Origin: Candidatus Kapaibacterium sp.
GTDB taxonomy: Bacteria > Bacteroidota > Ignavibacteria > Kapaibacteriales > UBA2268
Direction: 5' to 3'
Assembly: GCA_963664875.1 (NCBI GenBank)
Contig: OY761611.1
Span: 1,824,001 to 1,888,000 of the forward strand
Length of the DNA stretch: 64,000 nt
In this document: positions 51,512 to 61,162 of the stretch, piece after piece
How positions within the stretch are numbered: position 1 is the first letter of the stretch
Layout of the letters: each line of letters begins with the position of its first letter
Program-made: the position numbers and the translations under genes
The notes under the pieces: generated by a model
The model's input: only the letters and a program-made list of their open reading frames with translations
The model's database searches: none
What the model was told of the DNA's origin: nothing

Positions 51512-51676
51512 ATCTTATAATTTTTGCTATTGACTTCTTGTTGTCATTTGGCAGCATATTTGATTTTTTAACTTAAATAGCAAAATAAAGCTCTTTTCAA
51601 TCTCAAACATGACATAATATGTCATAATCAAAAGTATATTTGTATATTCTTAACAACCATCAGATATGGAGCGAAT

Positions 51677-53062
51677 ATGGAAATATACTCAAGCTTAGTA
51701 ATCATTGTATTGATTGTAGTGCAAATCCTACTGCTTCTTTTTAAAAAGCAGCAAGCCGGATTTGACACTACTTCTTTCAATGAGCGCCTAATCAGATTTG
51801 AAGCAGAATTAGCTTCTATCAAAGAAAATGTAGCTTCGTCTGCAGCAACAGGCAGACAGGAAATTGCCGAAAACAACAAAATTATACTTGAAACTCTTCT
51901 CGCTAACCTAAAACGTGCTGATGATTCTATGCGTTCAGGTTTTGACACCTTTTCTGCAAGAATTTCTGATTTTAGTGCCTCTCTCAATACAAACTTTATG
52001 ACTTTTCGCGAGATTATTGAAAACAGTAACTTCAATAGCCGCAATGAAATAAACTCTTCTTTCAAAACTTTTGAAGAAAAATTTTCTTCGTCCACTGCCA
52101 AATCATTAAAAGAAATTGCCGAAGTATTGCAATCAAGCATTGCCCTACTCAGCACTGAAAATGCAGGAAAGCTCGAACAAATGAGAATTGTAGTAGAAGA
52201 AAAGCTACAATCTACATTAGAAAGGAGACTCGGCGAATCTTTCAGACTTGTGAGCGACAGGCTGGAAAAAGTACAGCAGGGCTTAGGCGAAATGCAAAAT
52301 CTTGCAACCGGAGTTGGCGATTTAAAAAAAGTACTCTCTAATGTCAAAAACCGAGGAATGATAGGTGAGTATCAATTAGAAAATATTTTGGCACAAATCC
52401 TTTCACCCGAGCAATATGTCAAAAATGCTCACATCAATAATTCAAGCAAAGTTGTTGAGTTTGCTGTCAAACTTCCCGGCAGACTTTCAAATTCAGCGGT
52501 TCTACTTCCAATTGATTCAAAATTCCCTATCGAAAGCTATCAATCTCTTTTAGATGCCTACGACTCTGCAGATACGATCACAATAGAAACCAATAGGAAA
52601 AAGCTTCTTAGCTCTATTAAGAGTTTTGCAAAAGATATCTCAGATAAATATCTCCAACCACCTTTTACTACAGACTTTGCAGTTATGTTTCTTCCTGTGG
52701 AAGGTCTTTATGCTGAAGTATTGCGTAATGCAGGCTTATTCGAACAGCTCCAGACAGAATACAAAATAATTGTAGCTGGCCCAACTACACTTTCAGCATT
52801 GCTAAACAGCCTTTCTATGGGCTTTAAAACTCTTGCTATCGAAAAAAGAAGCTCTGAGGTCTGGGAAGTATTGAGTGGTGTCAAATCCGAATTCAACAAA
52901 TTTGAAGAAATACTCGAAAAAGCAAAGTCTAAGATTTTCCAAGCCGGCGATGAAATTGAAAAATTGGTGGGTACACGCACAAGAGCAATTAGCAGAAAGC
53001 TGAAAGATGTAGAAATAACTGACTACACTTCCGGGTCGGAACACTATCTCAAGGGAGATTAG
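51677..53062 (+). CDS. rmuC: DNA recombination protein RmuC
   Basis: N-terminal TM and coiled coil; LEKVQQGLGEMQ, VK.RG..GE.QL, LPIDSKFP, TTDFAVMFLPVEGLYAE, GPTTL. Confidence 0.93.
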   Translation: MEIYSSLVIIVLIVVQILLLLFKKQQAGFDTTSFNERLIRFEAELASIKENVASSAATGRQEIAENNKIILETLLANLKRADDSMRSGFDTFSARISDFSASLNTNFMTFREIIENSNFNSRNEINSSFKTFEEKFSSSTAKSLKEIAEVLQSSIALLSTENAGKLEQMRIVVEEKLQSTLERRLGESFRLVSDRLEKVQQGLGEMQNLATGVGDLKKVLSNVKNRGMIGEYQLENILAQILSPEQYVKNAHINNSSKVVEFAVKLPGRLSNSAVLLPIDSKFPIESYQSLLDAYDSADTITIETNRKKLLSSIKSFAKDISDKYLQPPFTTDFAVMFLPVEGLYAEVLRNAGLFEQLQTEYKIIVAGPTTLSALLNSLSMGFKTLAIEKRSSEVWEVLSGVKSEFNKFEEILEKAKSKIFQAGDEIEKLVGTRTRAISRKLKDVEITDYTSGSEHYLKGD

Positions 53063-53316
53063 CGAAACTCAACATTTTTATTAATGTTTTGTTTATAGTG
53101 GGATTTCTTGTATATTATATTTCTATTTGGCACAAGTGAAGAGCATGAAACAACGGCAGTTAGCTTAGATGCTCCTTTTTTCTTGCCAAATAGATTATCA
53201 TTCCTTGACAAAGCCGGATTGAGCAGAATATTTTGCTAATTGAATTTAGACAATTGCCGGTTTTGAAAGAAAGTATATCTAATATCAATTTTCTATAACA
53301 AATAATTGAAATTGCC

Positions 53317-53862
53317 ATGAAAAGACCAAGCTGGGACGAACTATATATTACTATGTGCTATTTAGTTGGCATGCGAAGCAAAGACGAACACACTCATGTT
53401 GGATCAGTTATTGTCGATTCGGACAATATACTTGTTTCTACGGGATACAACTCTTTACCTCGCGGTGTCGAACCCGACCCAAACCGCACAAGACTTTCCA
53501 GAGATGGAGGAGAAAAATATTTTTGGGTTGAGCACGCAGAAAGAAATGCAATCTACAATGCAGCCAGAAGAGGAATTAATCTCAAAGGTTGCAAACTTTA
53601 TGTGCCTTGGACTCCCTGCAATGACTGTGCAAGAGGAATAATTCAAAGCGGAATAGCAGAGGTAGTTATTCATCAAAATGGGCAGGATTTTTACGACGAA
53701 CTTACCAATAATAAGTGGTCAGACGCCTACGAAAGAACATACACTATGTTCAGAGAATCGGGAGTAAAGCTCAGATTCGAAAAATGTGACGTCATAGTGC
53801 CCGAAATATACATGAATGGCAAAATGCACGATGCATTGGTTCATCTCAATCATAAGGAATAA
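53317..53862 (+). CDS. dCMP deaminase (ComEB/dCMP deaminase family)
   Basis: RPSWDE, RS.D...VG, GYN, HAERNA, PCNDC. Confidence 0.9.
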   Translation: MKRPSWDELYITMCYLVGMRSKDEHTHVGSVIVDSDNILVSTGYNSLPRGVEPDPNRTRLSRDGGEKYFWVEHAERNAIYNAARRGINLKGCKLYVPWTPCNDCARGIIQSGIAEVVIHQNGQDFYDELTNNKWSDAYERTYTMFRESGVKLRFEKCDVIVPEIYMNGKMHDALVHLNHKE

Positions 53863-53919
53863 TAAAAAAATGGTATATCTACCACAACAGAGAAGTCTAA
53901 GGTTAGATATACCATCTTT
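53863..53919. terminator. Bidirectional terminator
   Basis: ATGGTATATCTA...TAGATATACCAT between convergent genes. Confidence 0.65.
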
Positions 53920-53933
53920 CTTATTATATCAAA

Positions 53934-54539
53934 TCATCTTTCCGATTGATTTCCAAATAGAGCAAAATCTTTTTTGTGTTTGCTAAGAATCAAACAGGCA
54001 ACTATTGTAATTAAAGCTTTTATCAACAAAGGATCGCTTGGCAATACAGCAAATAAATAAATTGCGGAATCAGGAAGTACCCAAATCAAAAACAATGTGA
54101 AGGTAGCTATAATATTTGCTTTATTTATGTCTCTGAAAATAAGTTTGTAAGATAAAAGCCAGATTGCAACCCACAAAACAATAGGCAAAAGATTGAAAAA
54201 TGCAAAAATACCAACTGCAGTAGCAAGCCCTTTGCCTCCTTTAAGCTTTAAGAAAGCAGAATAATTATGTCCGAATATCAAAGCTATAGCTGCAAGTGCC
54301 ATTTCAATTTCACCTGCATTAAGAAAGCTAAGTAGTAGCATAGGCAGCAAGCCTTTTAGGAAGTCTGCAATAAAAACCAGCACACCTATATACTTTTTGC
54401 CTGTACTTTCATAACTGTTCATGGCTCCTACATTCCCACTACCCACTTCTGTGATATTCTTGCCGGCTAATACTCTGACAAGAATAAAAGCAGAAGGAAC
54501 TGAACCAATTAGATAAGCAGCAATAACTATTAGAATCAT
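53934..54539 (-). CDS. plsY: Glycerol-3-phosphate acyltransferase PlsY
   Basis: AYLIGS, GSGNVGAMN, DFLKG, GHNY...GGKGLAT. Confidence 0.92.
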   Translation of the reverse strand: MILIVIAAYLIGSVPSAFILVRVLAGKNITEVGSGNVGAMNSYESTGKKYIGVLVFIADFLKGLLPMLLLSFLNAGEIEMALAAIALIFGHNYSAFLKLKGGKGLATAVGIFAFFNLLPIVLWVAIWLLSYKLIFRDINKANIIATFTLFLIWVLPDSAIYLFAVLPSDPLLIKALITIVACLILSKHKKDFALFGNQSER

Positions 54540-54636
54540 AATTATACCAAAATCATTATCTTGATTATTTATGCTCAAGTTCGAGATAGAAATCATCTAA
54601 ACCAAACAATATTTGAGTAGCTATCAGATAGAATCT

Positions 54637-55800
54637 TTACCATTTAATTGCTTGTGCAGCAGATTCTGCAATCTGGTGGGCTTCGGCAGCACTTGGTGCT
54701 ACAGCCGTAATATGCCCCATTTTTCTGCCTCGGCGGCTCTGTTTTTTGTTGTATAAATGAAGCCAGACTTTTTTGTGTCGCATTAGTTCAATTATACTTT
54801 CAGGCACTCCCGCACCATCTCGCTCTCCTAAAAGATTAACCATCGCTGCTCCACCAGCAACTAATTTAGAAGAACCAAGCGGAAGGTTGCAGACAGCTCG
54901 AATGCCGTTTTCAAATTGCGAAGTATAACAACCTTCAATAGTATAATGACCGGAGTTATGAGGACGGGGAGCTATCTCGTTAATCAAAATTTTGTTGTCT
55001 GAAGTCAAAAAGAGTTCAACACCAAAAACACCAATGCCGTTTATAGATTCTACTGCTTTCAGAGCCATTTCTCTTGCATTTTGTCTCAATTCATCGCTAA
55101 TCTCTGCCTCTGCAATTACGGCATGGCAAATATGCTTGTACTGTATTGTCTCCACACAAGGATATACTTCTGTTTCGCCGGATACGTTCCGAGCTACTAT
55201 TACAGCAAGCTCTTTAGTAAAATCAACAAACTTTTCTGCCATCAAATCTCTTTTTTGATTGTCTCCTTTGAATCTTTCCCAAGCAGTATCCACATCTTCA
55301 GCTGAAAAAACGGTTGCATTTCCGTATCCGTCATAGCCATATTTTCTTGCTTTAATGACATAGGGATAACCGTTCGCAGCACCAAAAGCCTTAGCTTCTT
55401 CTGCAGTATTTATCTCTGCAAATTTTGGAACAGGAATGCCTGCATTTTCGAAAGTCTGCTTTTGGATATACTTATCCTGAACTAATCGCATTGTTGCCGG
55501 AGAGGGATATACAGGTTTTTTTTGAAGAATATAATCAAGAATTTCGGGATCTATAAACTCATTTTCTAAAGTAATGATATCCGATGCTTCTATAAATTTA
55601 TCCAAATTAGCTCTATCCGACCATCCGCCGGGGAAGTCTTGTTTTGTCATATCACCTGCCGGTGTATCAGTATCGTTTTCAATTACAGCTACATTAAGTC
55701 CCATTCTGTATGCGTCCAAAGCAAGCATTTTAGCAAGCTGACCTCCGCCAAGTATGCCAAGTGTCAAAGGTTTTTCGGGGTTAGTATATGAAAAAAGCAT
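54637..55800 (-). CDS. purK: N5-carboxyaminoimidazole ribonucleotide synthase
   Basis: GILGGGQLAKM, GYDGYG, NEIAPRPHNSGH, TSQFE, RKMGH. Confidence 0.95.
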   Translation of the reverse strand: MLFSYTNPEKPLTLGILGGGQLAKMLALDAYRMGLNVAVIENDTDTPAGDMTKQDFPGGWSDRANLDKFIEASDIITLENEFIDPEILDYILQKKPVYPSPATMRLVQDKYIQKQTFENAGIPVPKFAEINTAEEAKAFGAANGYPYVIKARKYGYDGYGNATVFSAEDVDTAWERFKGDNQKRDLMAEKFVDFTKELAVIVARNVSGETEVYPCVETIQYKHICHAVIAEAEISDELRQNAREMALKAVESINGIGVFGVELFLTSDNKILINEIAPRPHNSGHYTIEGCYTSQFENGIRAVCNLPLGSSKLVAGGAAMVNLLGERDGAGVPESIIELMRHKKVWLHLYNKKQSRRGRKMGHITAVAPSAAEAHQIAESAAQAIKW

Positions 55801-55913
55801 AGAGCCTCAACTAATTTTTTACATCACATATTTATCCATATTCTCAAAGATACGGTATTTTTACTTTAGTAAAAAGTATATTCAATTCTACGGTAGAAAA
55901 CACTAAATATTTC

Positions 55914-55940
55914 GTAACCTTTTGGCTGCTTAAGCGTCTA
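55914..55940 (+). promoter_or_regulatory. Putative ECF sigma factor promoter
   Basis: GTAACC-N15-CGTCTA; near-copy at 56334. Confidence 0.5.
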
Positions 55941-55992
55941 TATATTGAGAAACAAATCCATGTTTTTGACTCATCATTTTGAGGTAAGCGTC

Positions 55993-56208
55993 ATGTCAAC
56001 ATTTAATTTCAAATATCCGCTATTGACTTCTCTTTTTGGAATAGGCTGCATCTTACTACTCACAGGTAGAGTATTTGAAACCGAAATATCTGAATTTATG
56101 CTCGGATTTTTGGATGGTATGTCTGCAGTTTTTATCTTCTGTGGAGTTTCATACCTCTCCTATTGTGCATTCAAAAGAATTAATCCTCTAACTTTTGACA
56201 AAAATTAA
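55993..56208 (+). CDS. Small two-TM membrane protein
   Basis: RBS GAGGT, ATG 55993; two hydrophobic helices. Confidence 0.6.
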   Translation: MSTFNFKYPLLTSLFGIGCILLLTGRVFETEISEFMLGFLDGMSAVFIFCGVSYLSYCAFKRINPLTFDKN

Positions 56209-56333
56209 TACTACAAATTCTCGTAACAACTTGGGAATCATCCTCTCAAGCAGATTGTATCTGGAATGCTTGAAGGCACAATTCTGATTATTTGCACCCC
56301 TCCCCATATTGAATATTTTTTACAATACTAAAT

Positions 56334-56361
56334 GTAACCTTTTGTACTTTTGAAGTGTCTA
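56334..56361 (+). promoter_or_regulatory. Putative ECF sigma factor promoter
   Basis: GTAACC-N16-TGTCTA upstream of the S8 peptidase. Confidence 0.5.
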
Positions 56362-56606
56362 ATGGGTGTATTCACATTTACAATTATCACTAATATATAC
56401 TTTGAGAGCAGATGTTTGCTTCTCATAGCTTCGTTCTATTCAATTAAATAATCCGGGCTTGTCTTGCTATGTGTTTAAAGGGAAAAGCGACAAGGTGTCG
56501 CAAAACAAAGCAAAATAAGATTTTCGCTTAGATAGTAGAGATTACCTTATTATCGGTATGCCTAATCTGCTATCGAAGCTATCAAAAACAGAAAGGATCA
56601 TTTATT

Positions 56607-59600
56607 ATGAGATTCCCAATTGCAATGAAAGCAGTTATTATTCTAATAATCGCTGCATCATACTCAGGCATGGCGAATATAAACAACGAAGCCGAATTCT
56701 ATACTTTCAAAACAAGAACTGTACAAACAAACAAAGGAGTATTCGGAGCAGCATCAATTAAAATTGAGCGCGCTCCCGAGCAATATTTTGAAAACGCAAT
56801 AATAATTAAAACTATTGAAAATACAGTAGTTAGCAGCAATCAAAAATCATTTTCGGGGACATCCCTAACTCAGGCTATAATTGATTTGAATATCAAATCA
56901 ATAAGGAATCCTATTGCTTCTTCTCTAAAGGCAGAAGACCCATTTGCATTGTCAAACATCTACGAGGTCTATTTTGACTCACCTGTAGATCCTTATGATG
57001 TATGTCGAGAGCTTATGAAAAATCCTGAAATTGAGTATGCTTCTCCTATTTACAAGAGAGAAATACATAAGGCAGTCAGCGATCCTCAGGCAGGTGTCCA
57101 ATATCATCTGAAAGAAATGAATGCTGAAGCCGCATGGGACATCACAACTGGTGATAAAAATGTAGTGATTGCTATTGTTGATTCCGGAGTTCAGACCGAT
57201 CATCCGGATTTAGCTGCTAACATTTGGACTAATCCCGATGAAATTGCAAATGATGGCATAGACAACGATGGAAACGGTAAAATTGATGATATTCATGGAT
57301 GGGATATGGTAGGCAATATTAGTCAGTCTGATATTGCTTACGGCAGATGGGCAGAAGACAACAACCCAAGCCCCGGAGTAACAACTCTCAACCACGGCAC
57401 TCATGTGGCAGGTTGTGCTGCTGCGGTTACTGATAATGCTATCGGTATTGCTTCGCTTGGTTTCAATTGTAGTATTTTGCCGGTAAAATGCTCTTCCGAA
57501 TCATCTTCGAGTGGCATCTATCGAGGTTACGAAGGTATTGCTTATGCTGCTGATTTAGGTGCTGATATAATTAACTGCTCATGGGGTGGCTTAGGTCAGG
57601 CTGCTTATGAACAGGAAATTATAGATGATGCAACATCAAAAGGCTCACTTGTTATTACCTCTGCCGGCAACGAATCATCTTATATTGATTTAAGTCCGAC
57701 TTACCCTGCCAATTACAAAAATGTTCTTACTGTGGGTGCTACTAAAGCCGGTGGGGATGTTACATTCTTCTCAAACTATGGCATTAGAGTTGATGTCTAT
57801 GCAGCTGGTAATGATATTTATTCCACTTTGCCAGGCAGCAAATATGGAAAGGAAAGCGGAACTTCTATGTCATCTCCGATTGTTTCGGGTTTGGCAGGTC
57901 TTATCAAATCACTTCACCCTGATTGGGAAGCTATGCAGGTGGCTGCTCAAATCAGAGCAACTGCAGACTTAGTAAGTAAAGAAAAAAATATGGATAATAA
58001 ATTTTATTGCATTGCAAATGCATATAAAGCCCTATCTGTGAATAATCCTATCAATAATAAGAACGGTGAAACAACACCCGGACTTAAAATCTTTACTTAC
58101 AACCAAGGCAATAACATGGATTTTGTTTTTGATGGATATGCGGAGAAAAATCTAAATATTTACGTCATCAATTATCTGTCTGATGCTACAAATGTTACTG
58201 TTGAGCTCGAACCCTTAGATAACTTTATCAAACTTTCGGAGACTTCATTCAAGTTCAGCGATATAGAATCACTGTATGATGAGAAAATCAGCTTGAAAGC
58301 AACTTTGCTCGATAACTGTCCTTGGTCTGAAGGCTATGCGTATGTGCTGGTCAAATACAAAGCAGATAATTACGAAGATTTTGAGCTTATGAAACTTGAT
58401 ATTAAAACAAATCAAAAAACAACATTTTCAAAGCTATCTACCAAAGGAGATGCTCCTGATTTTACAGATTGGACAGATATTGCAAGTGCAGACGGCTCTA
58501 ATTTCTGGTGCGTAGGAGCCGGCGAGGAAGCATATTACGGCTACCTTCTGAAGTATAACAAAGTAGGTGGTATAAGTGCTTCTTATTTGCAAACTCCGGC
58601 TTACGATATTGAAGTAATTAACTCAAGTACAGCGTTTGTAGCTTCAAACGGAAGATATGATATTTCCAAGGTTTCTAAAACTACTAATGGTGGTACTTCC
58701 TGGACTAATTGCCTGACAGATTCTCTGACTGATTTTATCAATCAAATTCATTTTTATAGTGCTAAAAACGGCATTTTCCTGGGAAACCCCAAAGACGGTA
58801 AGTGGTGCGTGGCATCAACTACTGACGCAGGAGAGACATGGCAAAGATATTCATCGTTTGAAGCACTAAGCGATGAAATAAGCTATCCAAAATCAAATTG
58901 CTTCAATTTCGGAGATATTTATTTTGGAACTTCTGAAGGAAGGTTATTCTTCTCTGAGGACGCTGGAGCAGCGTGGTCTGTAAAAACAGTATTGCCCGGC
59001 AAAGAGATTCATTTTGTGGAATATATAGATAAAAACAGGGGCATTATAATATATTCGAACAAAGGAGATGCTTCTCGTCAGTTTATAGCTAAAACTAACG
59101 ACGGTGGCAATAATTGGACAACTGAAATTAAATCTTTCTCTGGTGATAATAAGATTATAAATACATTCAGGGCTCAAGACGGAGATGAAATATATGTAGT
59201 TAATCACAAGGGTGAAGTATTTTCTTCGAATAACTTATTTGATTCGATGCAGCCAATATTGTCAAAAAGAACTCAACAAGTTGCTGTAAATGGATTGTAT
59301 GCTAAATCAGGCAAGGGTACTCTACTTCAATTTGGAGATTTTATCACAAGCCTTGAGTTCAACTACGACAAGAAAGATGCAAAATCAGATTTGTCAGTTG
59401 TTACTTCCAGAGATTTGAATTTTGGATATGTAGCACCGGGAACTTCATCTTCGCAGCAAGTCATACTACTTGCTTCAGGTAACCAAAACTCTTACATTTC
59501 AACGTCTGAAATAGAAAATGTAGATTGCGAAGACGGAGAGTTTTCTATAGAGTCTAACTTCCCAATAAATATGAATTCAGGAACTTATGCAGCAGGTATA

Positions 59601-59993
59601 ATTAAATTTACTCCTAATAGCAAAGGTTTGAAGACTGCGAGACTAATCATAAATAACAATTCCGACGAGAGTAGGATTGTTGTTAATCTCAAAGGTGCCG
59701 GTGACCCTATTTCTTCAGTGGATAGAGGGGTTGCTCTCAAAAAAGCAATTTCTGTTTTCCCAAATCCTGCTAAAGAAAAAGTTAGCTTCAAATTTGAAAT
59801 TGCTCTTCTATCTGAAACAGCAAATGTTAAAATCAATGACATAAAAGGACAAAATGTCTTGACATTTGACAATCTTCAGCTGAATGATAAGCAAATTACT
59901 GTAGATTGCTCCGAGTTGAATTCAGGAACATATTTTGCTGATTTCGAAATTGGCGGCAAAAAATACTTAACGAAATTTGTTATTTCGAAATAG
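56607..59993 (+). CDS. T9SS-secreted S8 (subtilisin-like) serine peptidase with BNR-repeat propeller and Ig-like domain
   Basis: IAIVDSG, HGTHVAG, SAGN, GTSMSSP catalytic motifs; T.DGG..W repeats; VFPNPA...GTYF...K CTD. Confidence 0.92.
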   Translation: MRFPIAMKAVIILIIAASYSGMANINNEAEFYTFKTRTVQTNKGVFGAASIKIERAPEQYFENAIIIKTIENTVVSSNQKSFSGTSLTQAIIDLNIKSIRNPIASSLKAEDPFALSNIYEVYFDSPVDPYDVCRELMKNPEIEYASPIYKREIHKAVSDPQAGVQYHLKEMNAEAAWDITTGDKNVVIAIVDSGVQTDHPDLAANIWTNPDEIANDGIDNDGNGKIDDIHGWDMVGNISQSDIAYGRWAEDNNPSPGVTTLNHGTHVAGCAAAVTDNAIGIASLGFNCSILPVKCSSESSSSGIYRGYEGIAYAADLGADIINCSWGGLGQAAYEQEIIDDATSKGSLVITSAGNESSYIDLSPTYPANYKNVLTVGATKAGGDVTFFSNYGIRVDVYAAGNDIYSTLPGSKYGKESGTSMSSPIVSGLAGLIKSLHPDWEAMQVAAQIRATADLVSKEKNMDNKFYCIANAYKALSVNNPINNKNGETTPGLKIFTYNQGNNMDFVFDGYAEKNLNIYVINYLSDATNVTVELEPLDNFIKLSETSFKFSDIESLYDEKISLKATLLDNCPWSEGYAYVLVKYKADNYEDFELMKLDIKTNQKTTFSKLSTKGDAPDFTDWTDIASADGSNFWCVGAGEEAYYGYLLKYNKVGGISASYLQTPAYDIEVINSSTAFVASNGRYDISKVSKTTNGGTSWTNCLTDSLTDFINQIHFYSAKNGIFLGNPKDGKWCVASTTDAGETWQRYSSFEALSDEISYPKSNCFNFGDIYFGTSEGRLFFSEDAGAAWSVKTVLPGKEIHFVEYIDKNRGIIIYSNKGDASRQFIAKTNDGGNNWTTEIKSFSGDNKIINTFRAQDGDEIYVVNHKGEVFSSNNLFDSMQPILSKRTQQVAVNGLYAKSGKGTLLQFGDFITSLEFNYDKKDAKSDLSVVTSRDLNFGYVAPGTSSSQQVILLASGNQNSYISTSEIENVDCEDGEFSIESNFPINMNSGTYAAGIIKFTPNSKGLKTARLIINNNSDESRIVVNLKGAGDPISSVDRGVALKKAISVFPNPAKEKVSFKFEIALLSETANVKINDIKGQNVLTFDNLQLNDKQITVDCSELNSGTYFADFEIGGKKYLTKFVISK

Positions 59994-60042
59994 CATGCTA
60001 TATGCAAATTAAGTATATCTAACGATATTTATTACTTAAACT

Positions 60043-60083
60043 ATCAAACTGAGGGGGACTTTGAGTCCTCCTTGTTTGATTTT
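60043..60083 (+). terminator. Intrinsic terminator
   Basis: ATCAAAC.GAGGGGAC...GTCCTCCTTGTTTGATTTT. Confidence 0.65.
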
Positions 60084-60239
60084 CACCACCCATCCTCTAA
60101 TTATTCTCACTCCGCATTATATCCAACTATCTCAGACGGCATCGAAATACTCTATCATATTTTGTGTCTTTGTATGTTTTTAGTATAAAAAATACTTATA
60201 TTCGTAAATTCTAAAAAGAGTTAACGGAGAGTAAATAAA

Positions 60240-61127
60240 GTGAGTGAATTAGTAAAAAGAATTAGCGTTGCTTTGGTGGGTATTCCTTTATTCATAGGGA
60301 TGTTATATATGGGTGAATGGTGGTTTACGGCTTTTGTAACACTAATTTCGCTCGGTGCGCTTATCGAATATTACAATATGGAAAAGCACAAAGACGCTCA
60401 GGCTGTCAAGCGACCATCTATAGCCATTGGTGCCTTACTACCAATTTCTTTTTATTACTCGCTGGTAAATATTTCTGCTACTGCCTCTTTTGCAATAGTT
60501 ATCGCATTATTGTTTGCTATTCCTGCATTATCTCTGATATTTGAAATTTTTTCCGGCAGAAAAAATTCTGTTTTGAATTTTTCCGCATCGCTCTCAGGCA
60601 TATTTTATATCTCGCTTCCTATGGTTTCAATGATTATGTTGCGAAATTTTAACGGAGTTACTTCAATATTCCCTGAGGGAACTTATTCTTATTTTGCTTC
60701 ATGGGCGTATTCCGATTTCGCTTGGTTGGTCTTGCTTGTGCTTTCTGCTATCTGGATTTGCGACTCTGCAGCTTACTTTGGCGGTATGGCTATGGGCAAA
60801 CACAAATTATTTGAAAGAGTAAGCCCAAAAAAAACTTGGGAAGGTGCTCTATGGGGCTTTGTCGGAGCCGTTGCAGGTTCATACTTTCTTGGTGAAGCTA
60901 TTTTGCCGGAGCACCCTTCATTCCTGACTATAATAATCGGAATTGTTGCGGGAGTTTTTGGGCAAATAGGTGATCTTGGAGAATCCCTTTTAAAAAGAGA
61001 CGCCGGCATCAAAGACAGTTCCAACTTTTTCCCCGGCCATGGAGGATTTTTAGATAGATTTGACAGTGTCCTTTTTGTTTTTCCGATACTTACAGCAGCA
61101 TTGATTTTGTTCGGCTATTTTCTTTAA
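60240..61127 (+). CDS. cdsA: Phosphatidate cytidylyltransferase
   Basis: WICDSAAYFGG, VSPKKTWEG, GDLGESLLKRDAGIKDSS..PGHGG.LDRFDS. Confidence 0.95.
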   Translation: MSELVKRISVALVGIPLFIGMLYMGEWWFTAFVTLISLGALIEYYNMEKHKDAQAVKRPSIAIGALLPISFYYSLVNISATASFAIVIALLFAIPALSLIFEIFSGRKNSVLNFSASLSGIFYISLPMVSMIMLRNFNGVTSIFPEGTYSYFASWAYSDFAWLVLLVLSAIWICDSAAYFGGMAMGKHKLFERVSPKKTWEGALWGFVGAVAGSYFLGEAILPEHPSFLTIIIGIVAGVFGQIGDLGESLLKRDAGIKDSSNFFPGHGGFLDRFDSVLFVFPILTAALILFGYFL

Positions 61128-61162
61128 TTAGTTACTAGATTTTTTTTTAAATGCCGAATTTT

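Noticed and set aside
51628-52347. 239-aa antisense ORF and other short ORFs overlapping housekeeping genes
   Set aside because: They are shadows of well-supported genes on the other strand or frame, with no recognisable motifs.
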